A DNA stretch of 64,000 nucleotides from an uncultured Planctomycetales bacterium (GTDB lineage: Bacteria; Omnitrophota; Gorgyraeia; Zapsychrales; JAHFFX01), in the NCBI GenBank assembly GCA_964612665.1, contig CAZTCI010000001.1, positions 508,896 to 572,895 of the forward strand. The letters are read 5' to 3'. Below, one piece after another: positions 39,001 through 45,000 of this stretch. Under the pieces are notes generated by a model. That model did no database searches. It was given only the letters and a program-made list of their open reading frames with translations, and was not told the DNA's origin. The position numbers and the translations under genes were made by a program. Within the stretch, counting starts at the first letter, position 1, and every line of letters starts with the position of its first letter.

Positions 39001-42000
39001 TTCGAGGATGACGCGGGATTTGGATAGCAGAACAGCGGCAACCAAAATAATGATTAGAATTTCCGCGAAGTTAAAGGAGTTATTCGTTGGAGAATTCGAT
39101 TTACCCGTCGATCTCGTGGCGAGAGCTCTGCTGTCCTGAGATCTTCTTTCTGTGGTGACGAAAGTTCCTACCCTTCTTAAAATTTTGATAACTCTATCCC
39201 TTCCCTGAAGGTTATTAGAACTCTGTCGAGATTGGGGTTGTTCAACGATCGGCAAAGTGACGAAAAAGCTGGCGCCCTGGCCCAACTCGCTCTCCACATC
39301 AATCTCTCCATTGTGCGCCGTAATAATGCTTTTCACAATGTAAAGTCCCTGGCCGGTCCCGTCTTTTCCTTTCGTCGTGAAATATGGCTCGAAGATTTTA
39401 GAGACCAGCTCGGGCGCGATCCCGGGGCCATTGTCTTTCACCTCGAATTGCACGAGGGGCGCATTGTCGATTGGCGTGACGATCAACTCAATCTTTCCGT
39501 CTGGTATCTGCGCTAAGGTATACACCGCATTCTTTAGGAGATTGATAAACGCATGCGTCATCTGAATTTGTTCGACATCGATTCTAATCCCGGCGGCAGC
39601 GGAAAAATCAATCTGAAGTTGCTGTGGATCGAAGAGAGCGAAGATCTCTTCAAAATGTCCTCTAAGATTAGTCAAGAATTCCTCGACGGAAATGACTTTC
39701 TTCTTACCTTTCCCGGAATAACTGAGATAAAAATCAATGATTATTTTAAGCCGGTGGGTAACGCTGTGGAGGGTTTTGAGGACTTCACGCTTGGCTTTAG
39801 GCTCAACGATACCTTGATCGATATTTTTGTCTTGCGGATGCTGGCGGAAATCTTTGACGAGCTGCTTCCAGGCGCGATGAAACTTTTTCAGTTCAGGTAA
39901 ATCATCGAGAAGGATTTGCAACGCCAACATAATTAACCTTTCGCGCTGTTCTTGTGTAAACGGTTGGGCATAATTTTCAAGCACCTGTTGTAATGCCGGA
40001 TTGAATAACCCACCTATTGGCCTTTTCTCTCTTAAAGATAAGGTTGTTCTGTCATGCTCGGGGAGAAAAGGCCTAATACTAGACTTTTGCAATGCAAAAG
40101 TCAGTAATAACTCCGCTCGCTGTTCTCCTGTAAGCAGCTCAGCATATTTTTCAAGCATCGCCCGTTTTAATTCTGGGTTTGATAATGACTGAATATCGAC
40201 ATAAGGTTGATCAGATGCGGCATGGTTGCGAAGAATCTTCAAATCATTAATTTTCTCGAGAAGATTTAAATCCATAATATTCTCACTCAAAGATTGCATA
40301 GCGGATTTGAATGGTTCCGGCAAAATATCGGCATTACCGTTTGCCGGATCAAAGAATAAAGTAATCACGGTCAAATCATTGCCGATTTCATGCAGGAAGA
40401 CCGGCCCCAAATCAGCGATGATCCCCTGCCAATAATCTTCTTTTGGTATCCGCATTACCATAACGACAACCATCGATAGTCCCAGCAGCCAATTGAACGG
40501 CATAATGTATACGGCGTTTCTCTCGGTTGGGAGCTTCATAAATACATATTCCCTTCTGGCCACTGTCTGAATTTCAAGACCAAGCGGCTTTCGGTTTAAC
40601 GTTTTGAGCATTTGGGTGATAAAGTTTATCCGCCGCAAAACTGATGTGATCGGCATGCTGCTGCCATCACCCAACGTCGTCCCTGGTTTTTCTTCCAGCA
40701 GCATCTCCATGGTCTGCCCAATAACTGTCAAGGCCCCGGACAGATTTATGACGACGGGCCCGTCTGTAATAGAATTTCTAAACGCCGTCCCCATCACATT
40801 GCTTTTCCGCACTAAAGCGATCAAATCCTTGGCCTTTGGTGTCGTATCATTGCCAAACACAGGGTCGGATTCTGCCTCCTGCTTGACGTTTAGCATTGCT
40901 TCCAAAATCAATCTTGCGGACTCGCGTGCCCGTGTCGGATCTCCTAACGCTTCGCGTTGGCCATTAACAAATTTAACGAACTTAACCAGCTCCGTGCGCA
41001 GAGCCTTAATCCATTGCGGCCATTCTAGGTAATAAAATAATTGTTCCAGGACTGCCATAATAAGGAGCGTGCGTTCTCCGACGGGTTGGATTGGATTTCT
41101 AGATATTTGTTCTTCTTTCTGTTCAATGTCTAGAATCAAATGCCAGACTGGCTCTACAAATGCTTTCCTCTCAAGCAAGCCCCTTGTATATTTGAAGAAA
41201 TCATTCTGAGATTCATGATGACGCAATACTCGACGGGCAGCCAAACGGGCCATGGGATATTTCATGGAGCCGATTAAATCAGTCAACGTAAGATAATTTT
41301 TTACAAAGCTGCGCAATCCTGGCTCTTCAATCAATCCTTTAAACTCAATCAGCTCGGAAATAAAACGGAAATAGAAAACAAACCGTTCTCCGCCGGCCTT
41401 ATAAAGGATCCGTTTCCTTCCCGTGGCGGAAATAGGCCTATCATTTAAAACTTCGATCAGCCAAGCAGCGATCAAAAGTCTTAATGCCTCCATGTCCTCA
41501 TCCTCAACCGGCCCACTTAAAATCCACGCGCGTTTTTCGTCGGTGGAAAGGGCCAGGAGATTATCGAGACCAGTATACTGGCCGCGCACCGCCATCAAAA
41601 ATACCGGAGCGCTCAGCAACATCAAAGACATTCCCATCCATAAAACGGTTTTGATGGCGAGTATAACCAACATCAATCCGCCCACGGCGCCGACCAAGGC
41701 GATGGAATGCAATTTCTCCTCGAGCTGCGCGATTTTATTTTCTATTCCATTTGTCTTTTCAGATTCTTGGTCTTTCTTCCCGTTTCCATTCAATTCAGTG
41801 GAATACGCTGTCAGAGTGAATAATTCTTTTAAGTCCTCTTCCCATTGCTTATGAAAAGGAAGGCTCTCTGCATATTCCTGGAAGAGACCTGCGCGCAGCT
41901 GACGCCACACCATATGGTCGAGCAAGACCTGACCATTGATGACAAATGCCTGCGCAAAGTGTCTTAATTCCTCGACGTAGGCCGGATATTTCTGTGAGAT

Positions 42001-45000
42001 CTTTTGTAAAGAAGACAATTCCTCGGATAGAGAATCTTTCTTAAGCAAAGCATCCACGTATTGTTCAATCTGTTGGCTTTTAGCATAGTCATGGTCTTGC
42101 GATAAACGGATACGTTCTTCAATACGATCCGTGGCTGTTTCAAAAGCAATGATCCAATCGGCATCAGAACCGGAGAATTCCGAGACATAGCTTGATACCC
42201 TGGACTTTAATAAAAGCCTGTGCGTCGTCCCGGCCTCACCGTTACGGGCGATACGGGCCATGATTTGTCGCATATCACGTTTGGAAAAAAGAACGTTGTA
42301 AAGAACAGCCACAACGCCGGAGGCAACATTGGTCAAAATATTCACCCCTCGGCCTCCCATGGGACTGGTAATAAGAATCGTAATCTGTAAGCGGCCTTTC
42401 TGGTTAATAACATAACCGGCCTTTTCAAATTGACCGGCTTCTTCCCTGCGCTTTTCAGGATTTTGATCGATCCCTAAAACAGTCTCAATCTTGATATCAT
42501 TGTTGGGCCGGCCTCTTTCCAAGATGGCGTTTAATAGTTCCTTGACATGATGGGCCGAAGCGATATCTTCCGTCGCGATAAAAACCGGCCTTCCTGACAA
42601 TAAAGCATTCATAACAATTTCGATTAAGCTTTGGTCCATCTCTTCCACGGTCTCATATCCGATGGAGGAATGATCAACCCGGATGGATTTGATATCGGAG
42701 GGTTGAACATACACTTGCATGTTCAATCTTTTCTTTAAATGCTGTTCAATCGTCGGACTCATCTCTGAACCACTGACCGCGGCATAGCCATGTCTATACA
42801 ACTTTAAAAGGGAGTGATACGTCAAGGCCGCCAAAAGCCGGCGCGGATTCTTTTCATTGTCGATACCGGAACGCGCTTCTATCATACGTTGTACCTCGGG
42901 AGAATAAACACGCAAAATGTCCGGGCGTTTACTATCGTCGGGAATAGGCAATACATTTTCACGTTTAGCATCTAAACAAAAATCATGATCCTCTTTAAGG
43001 TTCCAGCCAATCACCGCAAAGTCCGCCAGCTGACGCAAATGCGCATCAGAGATTTCATCTAATTCCCGACGATTTCTAAGAAATTCCATAATCTTCCGCG
43101 GGTCACGCCAAACCACTTGTCTTCCCTGATCGGAAGAAATAATCTCTTCGGGATTCGTAGCCCAATCTTTCAACAAAAAGAAGACGTCCTTATCAAAACG
43201 ATGCCACGCTGTATAGGCTGCGATAATTCTCTTCACTAATTCTTTATCCTTACCGTTGACGATGATGTCGATCGACAGAGTATTCAAGACGGAGAAGATA
43301 TCCCAAAGATAATAATCCGCCTCATCCAATAAAGCCCGACGATCAATGGTCAATGGTTGTTCTAAACTTTTTCTGGTCGAAATTTCTCGCGCCAGGGCTG
43401 TTAAAGAAATATATCGGATCTGTGCTTTGCCGGCTTCAGCCCAGAGAGAGGAACCAAAAAATCTAGTGAACCTTTTTGACTGGCCCGGAATAAGTAGTGT
43501 ACGGGACCCTTCGGTGATGCAGCTTACGGAATGCCCCAAAGAAGCCAAAATCCCGGCCTGACTGTTAAAGCCGTCTTGGGCCAAATGATCTGTCGTGGTG
43601 ACGATATCCGTTGATACACCCATTTTCTCCAGAGCATCGGCCGCCATCGACAAGGCCATGGTTTTTCCGGCGCTGGTATCAAACTTGACAAAATATCCCC
43701 GCGATCCGTCTTCGGTCCTCGGTTGCATCAAGAGTTCAGCAGTTTTAAGTTGTGCGGGGCGGCGTTGATACTTAATCATAATATTCTTATCAGCCATCCT
43801 TCGACGCGCAATGACCTCAAATTCCTCTAATGATTCCCTAATTACGTCGGGAAAATATTCGCTCAAGGATAAAGGCAGATCGGTCCACGCCACGCCATTT
43901 TGTATCGATGTTTTAATAATTTCTTTTTGTTCACTGAATACGTTCAGTTGAGGGGTGGGAGTCTCGTCGATCTCCCCAATGATATTCGCGGGCGTAGATA
44001 AAGATTCCATCTGAAGTCTTTCTGCCTCCTCTTCCAACGGCGAAACTTTTTCCGGACGCTGGAACTCAAACGACATCTCGGGTTCAGGAGGCTGAAAAGC
44101 AATTCCAAAATAATGGGCGAGATGATGGACTGACTTAAAGAATCTTTCCATTGATATCTCAAATCTTCCTTGTTCATAATTCTTCACTGACGACTGGCTT
44201 AATTGTAGAATTTCGGCAAATTGAGTTTGAGATAAGTCCAGCTCCTTACGAAGATGGGTTAAATTCAAGAGATATTTTTTCAGTAAAGCATTCTGTTGGC
44301 TGTTTGGAGAGGATTTCGCTTCTTGTTGAACATCATTGATGAATTCTTTCACTTCCGTCGGGACCTCACTGGAAACATTGTCCATTAAGAAATCTATAAC
44401 CTTCTTCATTGACTTTGCGCTAAGTTTCCATGCCTTGGCAGAACTTGCGTGATCTACAATATATTTTTGCCCTCCCATCGACGCGATCATTGTCTCGACA
44501 GAGTATCTCTGCTTAAAACGATTTAGTAAATGCTTAATCGGCTCGCTCAATCTCTTAAAAATTTCGCGTCGTTCTTCTCTTGATGCACGCAAAGCTTGTG
44601 CATACAAAAGCTGTATCTGCTGCTTCCACTGCTTAATGTCTCGAGACCACTCACCAATGGGCTGAACATCCTCATTCTGCCCACCGAAAGTAGAGATGAT
44701 GATAGATTCATCGATGAGCTGAACATTCTCATTCTGCTCAAAAGCGATAGGAATCTCGTCCGCCTCTTGTAATGAAATCAAGCTAGAGATTGGCTTTTCT
44801 TCTTCAATGAACTGAGTATCCTCATTCTGCTTACCGATCAAACTTTCATCGACCTCAGGCAAAGTTAATTCAAAAGTCGTTTCTTCATCGCTTTCTGGAG
44901 TAAGGATGATGATAGATTCATCGATGAACTGAACATTCTCGTTCTGCTCAAAAGCGATAGGAATCTCGCCCATCTCCCCAATTCCATTCGTGGGCGGAGA

